Notes: generated from the sequence alone by a model not told the origin. A DNA stretch of 64,000 bases from an uncultured Spirochaetota bacterium (GCA_963734495.1 CAVTHK010000005.1:128001-192000); one strand, 5' to 3'; positions 39,837-50,486 are shown, numbered from the stretch's first letter. Made by a program: numbers and translations.

Positions 39837-40010
39837 ATCCCAATATACACATACCGGCTGCCCCGGGGGCACTCGGCTGCGAGGCGTCCGCGGCCCTGCG
39901 GCGAGAGCCGAGGGCCGGGCGGGGGAGGGGGGTCGGAACGGGCCGGTTCGCCGCCGCAGTCCGGGCGTTCGTGAGACCGCGGACCGACGACAGGGGAGGC
40001 CCGGGCGGGC

Positions 40011-41261
40011 CTACGCCTTCGTGACCTCGATCGCCGTCATCGCTTCGCGCGCAAGCCGGCTCGCGGCCACCGCGTGGCCCCCGCACCAGACCGTGATCTC
40101 CTCGCGCGTGTTGTACCCGCGGCCCGCGTGGAGCTTCGCCTTCATCAAGTGCTCGTAGGCCTCGTCGATCAGGGCGCGCGACCTCCGAACGTTCCCGCCC
40201 AGCTTCTCCGCGAGGAGCACGATGCTCTCGGCGTTGTGGATGTCCTCGGTGGCGCGGTCGCACTGGATGTTCAGCGGAAGCGCCTGCTCATAGTTGCCTT
40301 CGTGCCAGGTGTTCCAGCCCTTCCCCGGGCTGAACAGCGAGACGCTCGGGCGGATGTAGCAGGACGAGCGGGCGGGGAAATTCTTCAGATATTCGCTCAC
40401 CGTGACGAACTCGATGTACGGGATGCCCTCCATGATCTCCATGACGGCCTCGTAGCGCGCTTCCATCTCCTCGCGGGTGAGCCCCGTCCGGCCCGTGAAG
40501 GGGCTGCGCCAGAACATCTCCGAGTCGCCAAAGAACAGCGCCATCATGTCGCCGTCGCGGTTGAGGTGCTGGATCTTCTCGATGTCGCCCTTGAATCGGT
40601 CAACCGGCCTCTCGCCGTGGATCGTTTTGAGGAACGCGACCGGGGAGAGGTCGTCGGGGATCCCGTCCGCCCCCTTCTCGAACGAGACGAAGGCGCACTC
40701 GATCTCGGCGTCCTCGATCGTCCTCACGCGGGCCGCGCGCCAGATGTCCTGAATCTCGGTGATGGCGGGATACGACAGGCGGTAGCGCTGGTAGTTGGTG
40801 AGCAGCTGCCACTTGACCCCGAGGTCCACGAGCATCTTCCCGGTGACCGGGTCCCACGGAAACTCGGCGTGGTGCGCCCCCACCGGGCGTTGGCCCCAGA
40901 TCTCCTCGTTGATGTCGAGGCTCTTCCTGATCTGCATCACCGCCTCGTCGTACGGGACCATCGAGGCGATCGCGTGGAAGTAGGGCCGGTTCGTGATCTC
41001 GTACTGCCCGCGGCTCACTCCGGCCCTGATCATGTCGGCGACGTCGCGGTGGTTCTCCTGGATGTGGCGCGAGACCCATCCCCCGATGCTCAGGTTCGAC
41101 CTGACCCGCGGGTGCTTCTCGAACAGCTCGAGCATGCGCTTCGTCGAGTTCTCGACCGTCATCAGCCACTCGTCGGGGCTGTTGGCGCTCCCCGTCATGT
41201 AGATCACCCAGTTGAAGGCAACGTGCAGCCTGGGCTGCCGCGCGACCGATTTCTCCGCCAT
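40011..41261 (-). CDS. Divergent glycoside hydrolase family 57-like protein
   Basis: GQYEITNRPYFHAI..QI..IWGQRPVGAHHAE resembles the GH57 GQVE..YYHPI..FG.EP.G.W.PE region; FFGDSEMF resembles the DGE acid/base region. Confidence 0.65.
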   Translation of the reverse strand: MAEKSVARQPRLHVAFNWVIYMTGSANSPDEWLMTVENSTKRMLELFEKHPRVRSNLSIGGWVSRHIQENHRDVADMIRAGVSRGQYEITNRPYFHAIASMVPYDEAVMQIRKSLDINEEIWGQRPVGAHHAEFPWDPVTGKMLVDLGVKWQLLTNYQRYRLSYPAITEIQDIWRAARVRTIEDAEIECAFVSFEKGADGIPDDLSPVAFLKTIHGERPVDRFKGDIEKIQHLNRDGDMMALFFGDSEMFWRSPFTGRTGLTREEMEARYEAVMEIMEGIPYIEFVTVSEYLKNFPARSSCYIRPSVSLFSPGKGWNTWHEGNYEQALPLNIQCDRATEDIHNAESIVLLAEKLGGNVRRSRALIDEAYEHLMKAKLHAGRGYNTREEITVWCGGHAVAASRLAREAMTAIEVTKA

Positions 41262-41469
41262 GGCCCGTCCCTCCCTCGCCGCGGATTCCGGATGCGTCCT
41301 GTCGCGTCGGAGACGCGCCACGGCGATCCTGGCTCCATAGGGACGGGTCCGGCGCGCGTTGTCAACCGGCGCCGGACCAGCCTCGCGTCGCCGTCCTCCG
41401 CGCGGGGCGGCAGTTGTGGCGCCCGTTGCGGAATCCGCGGTATTCTCCGGGTGCCGGGAGGATGACAGG

Positions 41470-44009
41470 TTGAAGGATGCCGCGCCGCAAGGCCCGCCCG
41501 CGACCGGACCCGGCTCCGCCTGGCGCGAGAGCCTCCTGCGTCAGGCCCTGCCCGTCGTGCCGTGGCTCGAGCGCATCGAGGCGGCGCTCGACAGCGACGG
41601 CGCCCTGGTGCTCCAGGCGGAGCCGGGCGCCGGCAAGACCACCATCGTACCGCCCGCGCTCCTCGGCGCGCGCTTTCTCGAGGGCAGGCGCATCGTCATG
41701 CTCGAGCCGCGGCGAATCGCGGCGGCGGCCGCCGCCGCGCGCATGGCGGAGCTGCTCGGCGAGCGGGTCGGCGAAACGGCCGGATACGCGGTGCGGCACG
41801 AGCGGCGCGCGAGCCGCGCAACGCGCATCGAGGTCGTCACCGAAGGCCTCCTCGACCGCCGTCTTCTCGACGACCCCGGCCCTCTCGGGCGTCGGCCTCG
41901 TGATCCTGGACGAGTTCCACGAGCGCTCCGTGCACGCCGACCTGGCGCTCGCGCTGCTGCTCGACGTGCGCGAGCTGCGGCCCGGATCTCCGGATCCTGG
42001 TGATGTCCGCCACGCTCGACGCGCGGCGCATCGCCGGGTTCGTCGGCTGCCCGAGCCTCGCCGTCCCGGGGCGCGTCGCACCCGGTGGAGACCCGCCACG
42101 AGGCGCGCGCGGCGGCCTGCTGTCGGGTCCGCGCCGCGGGCTTCGACGCAGCCGCGGTGGCGCGCGCCTCGCTCGCGGCGCTCGAGGAGACCGGCGGCGA
42201 CGTGCTCGTGTTCCTCGCTGGCGCGCGGGAGATCCGCCGCGTGCAGGCCCATCTCGAGCGCGGCGCGCCAGGCGCGGAGATCGCGCGCCTGCACGGGATG
42301 ATGCCGCTTGCGGAGCAGCGCGCCGTGACGCGCCCCCGCGAAGGCGGGCCGCCGCGCATCGTGCTCGCGACGAACGTCGCCGAGACGAGCCTTACCGTGC
42401 CGGGCGTCCGTGCGGTGGTCGACTCCGGCTGGGCGCGCATCGCGCGCTTCCACCCCCGAAGCGGCATGAACAGGCTCATCACGGAGCGGGTGAGCGCCGC
42501 GGCCGCGGACCAGAGGCGCGGCCGGGCCGGCCGCCTCGGGCCCGGGCTCTGCATCCGGTGCTGGGACCCGAGGGAGCCGCTTGCACCCGAGACGCCGCCG
42601 GAGATCATGCGCTCGGAGCTCTCGGCGACCGTGCTCGCGGCGTCGCTCTGGGGCGCCCGCGAGCGCTCGCAGCTGCGCTTCCTCGATCCGCCGCCGACGC
42701 CCCTGTGGGAGGCGGCGCGGGACATCCTCCGCGGCCTCGGCGCGATCGACCCGGGCGGCGCCCCCACCCGCCGTGGAGCTGCCCTCGCGCGCATCGGCCT
42801 CGAGCCGCGGCTGGGGGCGCTGGTGGAGCGGGGCCGCGAGTCGGGCCGCTTCGAGCTCGCCTGCGCGTGCGCGGCGCTTCTCGCGGCGCGCGACGAGCGG
42901 GGGGCCGTCGAAGACGCCGATTTCAGGCTGCGCCTGAGCGGGCTGCGCGACGCGCTCGCCGCGGGCTCGGGGGAGCCGGGCGCCCGCCGGGGCGCCTACG
43001 CGCGCGCCGTACGCGAATACGCCCACCTGGTCGGGGGCGCGCCGGATTCCTGGGGCGACGACGACTGCGGCCCCCTCCTGCTGGCCGCGTTTCCCGATCG
43101 CCTCGCGCAGCGCGTGGAGAGAGGCCTCTTCCGCCTGCCTTCGGGGAGGGCCGCGCGCCTGCAGGGCACGCTCGCCGACGAACCGCTCGTCGTCGCCGCG
43201 GAGGCGGACGCGGGCGAAGCGTCCGGGACCATCTACTTAGCCGCCCCCGTCTCCCGGCAAGCCGTCGAGACCTCGCTCGGCCACCTCATCGAGGAAGACG
43301 AGGACATTTCCTGGGAAGGCTGGACCCCCCGCGCCCGCGGCGTGCGCAGGGTCGGCCGCGTCGTGCTGCGCGAGCGCGTGCTCGCGCGGCCCGACCGCGC
43401 GGTTGTCGAGCGCGCGACGGTCCGGCGCCTGCGCGAGCAGGGCCTGCGGGTCCTGCCGTGGTCGGAGCGCTGCCTGCAGCTGCTGGAGCGTCTGCGTCAC
43501 GCGGAGCGCAGCAAAAGGGTCGCGGGCCTCCCCGGCTGGTCCGAAGAGGAGCTGGCCGCCGGCGTCGAGCAGTGGCTCGTGCCGTTCCTGCGCCACGGCG
43601 GCGGGCCGCTGCTCGATGAGGGCGCGGTGGAGCGTGCCCTCCGCGCGCGCATCCCGGGGCCCGCCGCGGCCGCGCTCGCCCGCGAGGCGCCGGACGGGCT
43701 CGTCCTGCCGTCCGGCTCCCGGCGCGCCATCCGCTACGGCGAGGGCGACCCGCACGTCGACGCCCGCATCCAGGAGCTCTTCGGCATGGCGGCCTCGCCG
43801 GTCGTCTGCGGCGCTCCCCTGGTCTTCCGGCTGCTGTCGCCCGCAGGGCGGCCGCTTCAGATCACGAGCGACCTGGCGAGCTTCTGGCGCTCCGCCTACC
43901 CCGCGCTGCGCGGGTCCATGCGGGCCCGCTACCCGAAGCACGCGTGGCCGGAGGACCCGCTTGCCGCGCGGCCTGTCTCCGGCCCGCGCCGGCGCCGCGC
44001 GCCGGTTAG
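41470..44009 (+). CDS. hrpB: ATP-dependent RNA helicase HrpB; 3-4 apparent frameshifts, 3' end approximate
   Basis: AEPGAGKTT, EPRRIAA, DEFHERS, MSAT, LATNVAETSLT, QRRGRAGR, LLSPAGRPLQITSDL and RYPKHAWPEDP motifs. Shifts are near 41878, 41985, 42082 and probably 44000. Confidence 0.92.
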
Positions 44010-44155
44010 CCGGCCGGTTGGCCGGGGTTGGCCGCGGTTAACCGGGGCGGCCGTCTGGACCGAAGAGAGACACCTGTGGAATAATGCCCGGCGCTTTTCT
44101 CCGCGCCGGCGAGGAGGCTGCCGCACTGAGCACGCACGAATCAAATCGCGAGACC

Positions 44156-45409
44156 ATGCGGCGCGACGGGGAGGGCGCGACGCTCGGTTCGCTGGTGCTC
44201 CCCGTATACATGCCCGCCATGCTCCTCTCGACCGGAAGCGCGGCCATGACCACGTTCCTGCCGCTGTTCCTGCAGGAGCTGGGCGCGAGCGTGGGCCTCG
44301 CCGCCGTCGTGATCGGGATCGGCAGCGCGGGGGTCCTGGTGTTCGACCTGCCCAGCGGCTTCGTCACGGCGCGCTACGGCGAACGCCTGACCCTCGCCGT
44401 GAGCGGCATCGTGATGGTCCTGGGCGCGCTCCTCACCGCCGCGAGCCGCAGCCTGGTGGTCGCGGGCCTCGGCATCTTTCTCGCGTACGCCTCCGCCAGC
44501 TTCTGGTTCCTGGGCCGGCTGTCGTTCCTCAGGAACGCGCTGCGGGTGGACCAGCGCGGCCGTGGCCTGGCGACCGCGGGAGGCGTCATGCGGGTCGGCC
44601 AGCTCGCCGGACCGGTCGCGGGAGGCTACCTGGCGCAGGCGGCCGGGTTCCGCTGGGTCTTCTACGCCACCGCGGCGCTGGCCTTCGCCTCGCTGCTCTT
44701 CTTCATCCTCTTCGAGCGCGGCGTCGCCCAGGCGCACGCTTCCGCGAGGCCGGCCGGCGCGCCTCGCGGCTTCGCCCGCTCGTTCCTGGACGTGGCGGCG
44801 TCGCTCAGGGTGTTCCGCGCGAAAAGGCGCATCTTCATGACCGCGGGCGTGTCCATGGTGATCCTCAGCCTGGTCCGCGCGGGCCGGGGGCTCATCTTCC
44901 CCCTGTGGGGACAGCAGATCGGGCTCGACACCCCGGCCATCGGGCTGGCCGTCGGCCTCTCGTCCGCGATCGACACCGCGCTGTTCTACCCCGCCGGAGC
45001 GCTGAGCGACCGCCTGGGCAGACGCTGGTCCGCGGTGAGCTGCCTGATCGTGCTCTCGGTGAGCCTCGCCTTCGTGCCGCTCACGCACGACTTCACCTGG
45101 TTCCTCATCGTGGGGCTCGCCGTCGGCTTCGGCAACGGGCTCGGCAGCGGAATCAACATGACCCTCGCCGCCGACTTCGCCAGCGGGACGGAGCCCGAGA
45201 TCTTTATCGGACTCTGGCGCCTCGTCACCGACATCGGCACCGCCGGCGCGCCGCTGCTGATCGGGGCGATCGCGGGGACCCTGGCGATGGGACCCGCGGT
45301 CCTCGTGATCGCGGCGCTCGGCCTGGGCGGGGCCTGGTTTCACGCGCGCAGCGTGCAGGAGACGCTGCTGCGCAGGCCCCGCGCGAGCGGTTCACAAGGC
45401 ACCTCGTGA
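44156..45409 (+). CDS. MFS transporter
   Basis: LPVYMPAML, DLPSG, QRGRGLA and GALSDRLGRR motifs; about 12 TM helices. Confidence 0.88.
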   Translation: MRRDGEGATLGSLVLPVYMPAMLLSTGSAAMTTFLPLFLQELGASVGLAAVVIGIGSAGVLVFDLPSGFVTARYGERLTLAVSGIVMVLGALLTAASRSLVVAGLGIFLAYASASFWFLGRLSFLRNALRVDQRGRGLATAGGVMRVGQLAGPVAGGYLAQAAGFRWVFYATAALAFASLLFFILFERGVAQAHASARPAGAPRGFARSFLDVAASLRVFRAKRRIFMTAGVSMVILSLVRAGRGLIFPLWGQQIGLDTPAIGLAVGLSSAIDTALFYPAGALSDRLGRRWSAVSCLIVLSVSLAFVPLTHDFTWFLIVGLAVGFGNGLGSGINMTLAADFASGTEPEIFIGLWRLVTDIGTAGAPLLIGAIAGTLAMGPAVLVIAALGLGGAWFHARSVQETLLRRPRASGSQGTS

Positions 45410-45539
45410 CCTCGACCTCGGCGTCCTTGAGCGTCTTGCGTCCGGCTTTCCCGTGGCATAGACTCTGTCGATCCAACAAAGTGGGCACGACAGGGCGCGG
45501 GTCGCTGTTCGACGTCCCACCGGATCGGGGGAGGGCGCG

Positions 45540-46553
45540 ATGAGCACGACCAGGACAGGTTCCCGCGGCGCGGCAATGTGCCTCGCGCTCGCGCTGCTCG
45601 CAATCCTCTGCGCCCCCCCGTCGCCCGCGCAGACCATCAAGATCGGCAGCCTCGCGCCGGCCGGCTCCCCCTGGGACGACATGCTCAAGAAGATCGCCGC
45701 CGACTGGGCGCGCGCGTCGAACGGGAGAGTCCGCCTCGCGATCTATCCCGGCGGGATCGTCGGCGACGAGCCCGACATGATCCGCAAGATGCGCATCGGC
45801 CAGCTCCAGGGCGCCGCCATGACCGCGGTCGGGATCGGGCGCATCCACAAGGCGGTGCTGAGCGTGGGCTTCCCGATGCTGGTCCGCTCCGACCGGGAGC
45901 TGAACCTGCTGCTCGAGCGCATGAGCCCCGACTTCGAGGCGGGCCTCGAGGACAAGGGGTACCAGCTCGTGGCGTGGTCGACGTCCGGCTGGATCTACTT
46001 CTACTCGCGCAGGCCCATCGTCCGGCCCGACGACCTGCGCGCCCAGAAGCTCTGGATGTGGGAAGGCGACCCCGACGAGCTCGCCACCTGGACCTCCCTC
46101 GGCTTCCATGTGGTCCCGCTCAAGGCCACCGACGTGATGGTCGCCCTGCAGGGCGGCATGATCGACGCCTGCTGCGTCAGCCCGATCGCCGCAGCCGTGT
46201 ACCAGTGGTTCGCCATCGCGCCGAACATGCTGGACCTCAAGTGGATCCCGCTCTACGGCGGGCTGGTCATCACGAAGGCGATCTGGGACCGGATCCCGGC
46301 CGATCTCAGGCCTGTGCTCCTCGAGTCGGCGCGCTCGACGGCCCGCGAGATGAACGCCGCCAACCTCGAAGGGGACCGCCGCGCCATGGACCTCATGAAC
46401 GCGCACGGCCTCACCGTCACGGTGCCCTCGGAGGCGGACCGCGCCCTCTGGGAGGAGGTAGCGCGGAACGCGGCCGGCAGGCTGGTCGGCCGGATGTTCG
46501 ACAAGGGTTCGTACGAGAAGGCGGTGCTCGAGCTCCAGGCGATCCGCCGGTAG
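45540..46553 (+). CDS. dctP: TRAP transporter substrate-binding protein DctP (TatP-like subtype)
   Basis: Signal peptide; IKIGSLAPAGSPW, YPGGIVGDEPDMIRKMRIGQLQ and LQGGMID motifs. Confidence 0.9.
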   Translation: MSTTRTGSRGAAMCLALALLAILCAPPSPAQTIKIGSLAPAGSPWDDMLKKIAADWARASNGRVRLAIYPGGIVGDEPDMIRKMRIGQLQGAAMTAVGIGRIHKAVLSVGFPMLVRSDRELNLLLERMSPDFEAGLEDKGYQLVAWSTSGWIYFYSRRPIVRPDDLRAQKLWMWEGDPDELATWTSLGFHVVPLKATDVMVALQGGMIDACCVSPIAAAVYQWFAIAPNMLDLKWIPLYGGLVITKAIWDRIPADLRPVLLESARSTAREMNAANLEGDRRAMDLMNAHGLTVTVPSEADRALWEEVARNAAGRLVGRMFDKGSYEKAVLELQAIRR

Positions 46554-46590
46554 GCCGGCCGCGGTCCGCCGCGCGCCCATGGGAGGCCTC

Positions 46591-47758
46591 ATGACACGAC
46601 TGCGCGTCGTCCTCGCGGCGTACGTCGCCGCGCTCCTGCTCACGGACGTCGCTTTCTCCATCCGGCTCGCCGCCCCCGCCGGGATCCGCATGCACGATCC
46701 GGTGAGCGGCCTCCCCTACCCGCGGCTCGTGACGGTCGAAGGGGATGCCTGGTCGCGCGGCGGCGTCGACCGGCTCGAGGTCGTCGCCTCGAACGACGGC
46801 GGCCTCACGGCCGCGGCGGCCGCGACCCGTGCGGCCGTCCGCTACCGGGGCGCCGCGATCCGGCCCCTGGCCGCCTGGTCCGCGCTCCTCGAGCTGCCGG
46901 CCGACGGGGCGTGGAGCATCGAGGCCCGCGCGACGCTGGCGGACGGGCGCGCCCTGGAGACCGGGCCGCGCCGCATTCGGGTCTCCGCCTCGACGCCGAG
47001 CCACGCGTTCGTGCACTTCAGCGCGCAGCACCTGGGCGGCGCTGGCGCTCGTCGCCGCCGCCTGCATCGCCGTCGGGCTGCGCTTCCGCGCCCCCCGCGG
47101 GAGCGCGGAGACCACGGCCGTCGCGGTCGCCATCGCGGCGGTGTTGTGGATCAACGAATACGCGTATCACTGGTACTGGTTCGCCGTCGGGGCGTTCACG
47201 ATCACCAACTGCCTCATGCTGCACATGTGCGGCCTTGCCATCCTTCTCATTCCTTTCCTCTTCACCATGGACCCGGGACGCGGACGGCAGGTGCTCTTCG
47301 AGCTTCTCTACTTCTGGGGCCTCGGGGGCGCGGTCCAGGCCCTTCTCGCTCCCGACATAGGCCAGCACGGCTTCCCCGAGTTCAAGGCGTTCGCGTTCTT
47401 CGTCTCGCACGGGCTCATCTGCTCGGCCGCGGTCTACATGATCGCGGCGAAAAAGATGACCCTGACGCTCGCCTCGCTCCTCCGAGGCCTGCTTCTGACC
47501 AACGCCGCCGTGCTGATCGTCTATCTCGCCGACCTCGCGATCGCCGCCCTGCCGCCCTACGACGTGGCGAACTACTTCATGCTCGGCTACCCTCCCCCGA
47601 CCGGCTCGATCGTCGACCAGCTGTCCGACTTCTTCGGGCCTTCCCCCCGGTACATCGTCGGGCTGGAGGGGATCGCAATCGTGGTGTTCTCGCTGATCTA
47701 CCTGCCGTTCCCCCTCGCGCGGGCGTTCAGGCGGGGGGCAGCCGCGGCCCGCGCCTGA
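46591..47758 (+). CDS. TIGR02206/YwaF (TMEM164-like) membrane protein with an N-terminal beta-rich domain; apparent frameshift near 47038
   Basis: FSAQHL, LMLHMCG, LYFWGLGGAVQALLAPD, FFVSHG and NYFML..PP..S motifs; the N-terminal part is in the 46579 frame. Confidence 0.8.
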
Positions 47759-47862
47759 GGGGCTGCGGGGGGCACGGAAGGGCGCCTGCCGGGCGCCGCC
47801 TCGGGGCGGTCAGGCGCCTCCCGGCGGCGGCCCCGCGGGGGGGACAATCCCCGCGGGGGGTG

Positions 47863-47892
47863 TTGACATTCGCCTAGAAATCTGCGTATGCT
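47863..47892 (+). promoter_or_regulatory. Sigma70 promoter of the RRM gene
   Basis: TTGACA-N18-TATGCT. Confidence 0.65.
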
Positions 47893-48080
47893 CCCTCAGC
47901 ATTTTGGTGCGTCGGCTTATCGGGGCCGAATACTAACGTCGGAAAGAACCGCTGTCACTCTTTACTTGGCGCCCACCGAAGGAATCACCGATCAGACCGC
48001 AGCAGCCGGGACCCGCGTTCTGCTCCTTGGTCGAAGTGTGTCAATAACGCAGTGATGAAGGACTCCATGAGGAGGAGAAC

Positions 48081-48389
48081 ATGAACAAGAAACTGTACGT
48101 CGGTGGTCTGTCCTTTTCGGTGACGGACGATCAGCTGCGCGAGCTCTTCACGGCCCACGGGACCGTGGAGTCCGCGACTGTCATCAAGGACAAGTTCACC
48201 GACCAGTCGCGGGGCTTCGGCTTCGTCGAGATGGGCACCCAGCAGGAAGCCGAGAACGCCATTGCGGCGCTCAACGGCACCCAGCACCAGGGCCGGACGA
48301 TCACCGTCAACATGAGCAAGCCGCGCGAAGAGCGTTCGGGCGGCGGCGGCGGCGGTCGCAGAAGCGGCGGCGGCGGGAATCGCTGGTAG
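48081..48389 (+). CDS. RRM RNA-binding protein with Gly/Arg-rich tail
   Basis: RNP2 LYVGGL and RNP1 RGFGFVEM; RBS GAGGAGG. Confidence 0.97.
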   Translation: MNKKLYVGGLSFSVTDDQLRELFTAHGTVESATVIKDKFTDQSRGFGFVEMGTQQEAENAIAALNGTQHQGRTITVNMSKPREERSGGGGGGRRSGGGGNRW

Positions 48390-48569
48390 GACGCTTCGGG
48401 CTGCCGCTCTCGCAGGGCAGGCAGCCCGGGCGTGAGGGTTCCCCCCCCGGCGGGACCCTCCCCTTTCCTTGTCTCGAGCGCGCTTCCGGCCGCGATCGCG
48501 GCCGGAGGCGCCTTCATTTCTTCCCTTTTCCACCCGGAAGCAGAGGGCGCGCGTGAGCGCGGGCCGCGG

Positions 48570-49379
48570 TCACCGGCTGTGCGGCTTGCCGTGCCACAAT
48601 ACCACCGGAATCCCGTCCACGCGGGCCACCCTCACGGGCGTGCCGTAGGTCTCCGAGAGAGCATCTGCCGTGAGCAGGTCGTCGACAGGCCCCGAGCGGA
48701 TGATCCGCCCGCGGCCCATCAGGGCGACGTGGGTGGCGGCCGCGGCGGCCACGTCCGGCTCATGGGTCGTAAAGACCCAGGTGACCCCCTGCCCCAGGAG
48801 ATCGGTCAGCATCCCGCACACCCTGCTCTTGTTCGCGAGGTCCAGGTGCGAGGTAGGCTCGTCCAGCACCAGCAGGCGCGGCGCTTGGGCGAGCGCCCGC
48901 GCGATCATCAGGAGCTGGCGCTCGCCCGCGCTCAGCTCGTTGATCGACCGCTCCTCGAAGCCCGCGAGCCCCGCGCGGGCAAGAGCCGCCGAGGCGATGC
49001 CGCAGTCGCGCGCCCCGGGCATCTCCAGCGGCCCGAGGTACGGCGCGCGCCCGTGAAGGGCGTATTCGAGGCAGGTGTAGTCGAAGGGCAGGTGCTCGCT
49101 CTCCGGCACGAACGCGAGCACCCGCGCGGCCTCCGCGCGCGAGTATGTGGCGAGCGGCCGGCCCTCCAGCCGCACCGTCCCGGCCCCGGGCCGGCGGGTG
49201 CCCGTCAACAGCGAGAGCAGCGTCGACTTTCCGATGCCGTTGGGCCCGAGCACGGCCAGCCCTGTCCCCGGCGCCACGGCGAGCGAGACCGCTTCGAGCA
49301 CTGGATTCCCGGCGCGGTAGGCAAAATCGACCGCCTCGAGCTCGACGATCGGCGCGGCAGCGGCGCGCGAGGCGCTCAC
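48570..49379 (-). CDS. Type II ABC importer ATPase (FecE/BtuD-like)
   Basis: GPNGIGKS, LSAGERQL, LDEPTSHLD and TTHEP motifs. Confidence 0.93.
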   Translation of the reverse strand: MSASRAAAAPIVELEAVDFAYRAGNPVLEAVSLAVAPGTGLAVLGPNGIGKSTLLSLLTGTRRPGAGTVRLEGRPLATYSRAEAARVLAFVPESEHLPFDYTCLEYALHGRAPYLGPLEMPGARDCGIASAALARAGLAGFEERSINELSAGERQLLMIARALAQAPRLLVLDEPTSHLDLANKSRVCGMLTDLLGQGVTWVFTTHEPDVAAAAATHVALMGRGRIIRSGPVDDLLTADALSETYGTPVRVARVDGIPVVLWHGKPHSR

Positions 49380-50404
49380 GCTTCCCGCCTATGGTACCAG
49401 CGCCGCGAGAGGACCAGCACGAAGAACACGGCGCCGAACAGGGAGGTGACGATCCCGAGCGGGATCTCGCCGGGCAGGAGCGTGCGCGCGAAGTCGTCGC
49501 AGCCGACCGCGAAGACGGCGCCGAGGAGCATGGCCGCCGGCAGGCTTCGCCTCGCGTCCGCGCCGTAGAGGCGCCGGCCGATGTGGGGCACGATCAGCCC
49601 GATCCAGCCCACGGCACCGCTCACCGAGATGACGGCGGCCACCGCGCAGGTCGCCGCCACGAGCAGCGTGAGCCGCTCGCGAGTGACCGCGGCGCCGAGC
49701 GAGCGCGCGACGCGGTCGTCGAGGGCGAGGATGTTGACGCGCCAGCGCATCAGGAGCGTCACGGCGAGCCCGCACGCCACGAGCGGCAGCACGGTGCGCA
49801 CGTCGGTCCACGACGCGCCCGAGAGCCCGCCCATCATCCAGAACGTGATGTCGGGAAGCTGGCTGAGGGGGTCGGCGACGTACTTGAGAATCCCGACGCC
49901 GGACGAGAGCAGCGCGGCGACCGCAATACCGGCGAGCACGAGCCGCAGGACCCAGCCGCCGAAGCGCAGCGCGCGCGCGACGACGAGCGACAGCAGCAGG
50001 CCCCCAAGGGCAAAGGCGGCCGAGAGGACCTGCACCGCCCAGCCGGCGCCGCCCAGCAGGATGATGGCCAGCGCGGCGCCGAACGCGGCGCCCTGCGTGA
50101 CGCCCATGATCCCCGGCTCGACCAGCGGGTTCGAGAACAGCAGCTGGAACACCGTCCCCGCCGCGCCGAGCGAAAGCCCGAGGAGGAGCCCCAGGAGGAC
50201 CCGCGGCAGCCGCAGCCCGAACACCAGCCGGCGGGCCAGCGGGTCGGCCGCGAGCCTCGCCGGATCGATCAGCCCCGGACTCGGGTACCTGCCCAGAAGC
50301 AGCGACACCGCGAGCAGCAGGAGCAGCGCCGCGCAGAGGACAAAGGCTCTCAGCGCGGGCGGGCGCGGTTGCGCCGCCGGACCGGAGGCCTGTTCGACCT
50401 GCAT
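49376..50404 (-). CDS. FecCD/BtuC-family ABC permease
   Basis: LRLPR, FSNPLVEP, FWMMGGL, GWIGLIVPH and EIPLG motifs. Confidence 0.93.
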   Translation of the reverse strand: MQVEQASGPAAQPRPPALRAFVLCAALLLLLAVSLLLGRYPSPGLIDPARLAADPLARRLVFGLRLPRVLLGLLLGLSLGAAGTVFQLLFSNPLVEPGIMGVTQGAAFGAALAIILLGGAGWAVQVLSAAFALGGLLLSLVVARALRFGGWVLRLVLAGIAVAALLSSGVGILKYVADPLSQLPDITFWMMGGLSGASWTDVRTVLPLVACGLAVTLLMRWRVNILALDDRVARSLGAAVTRERLTLLVAATCAVAAVISVSGAVGWIGLIVPHIGRRLYGADARRSLPAAMLLGAVFAVGCDDFARTLLPGEIPLGIVTSLFGAVFFVLVLSRRWYHRREA

Positions 50405-50486
50405 GGCCGTCACTCGCGCCCTCCCTACAGGTGCGGCCCGGCCGCGGCAGAACGCGCCGGCAGGGCCGCGGGGAACCGCGGGCGGT

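Noticed and set aside
34871-39850. 1659-aa ORF as a giant SpoVR fusion
   Set aside because: Only the last ~496 aa are SpoVR. The rest is an alternative frame over prkA and yeaH, open because of high GC.
42085-45543. HrpB with a long C-terminal extension
   Set aside because: HrpB homology ends at WPEDP near 43960. The remainder is an off-frame reading of the MFS gene.
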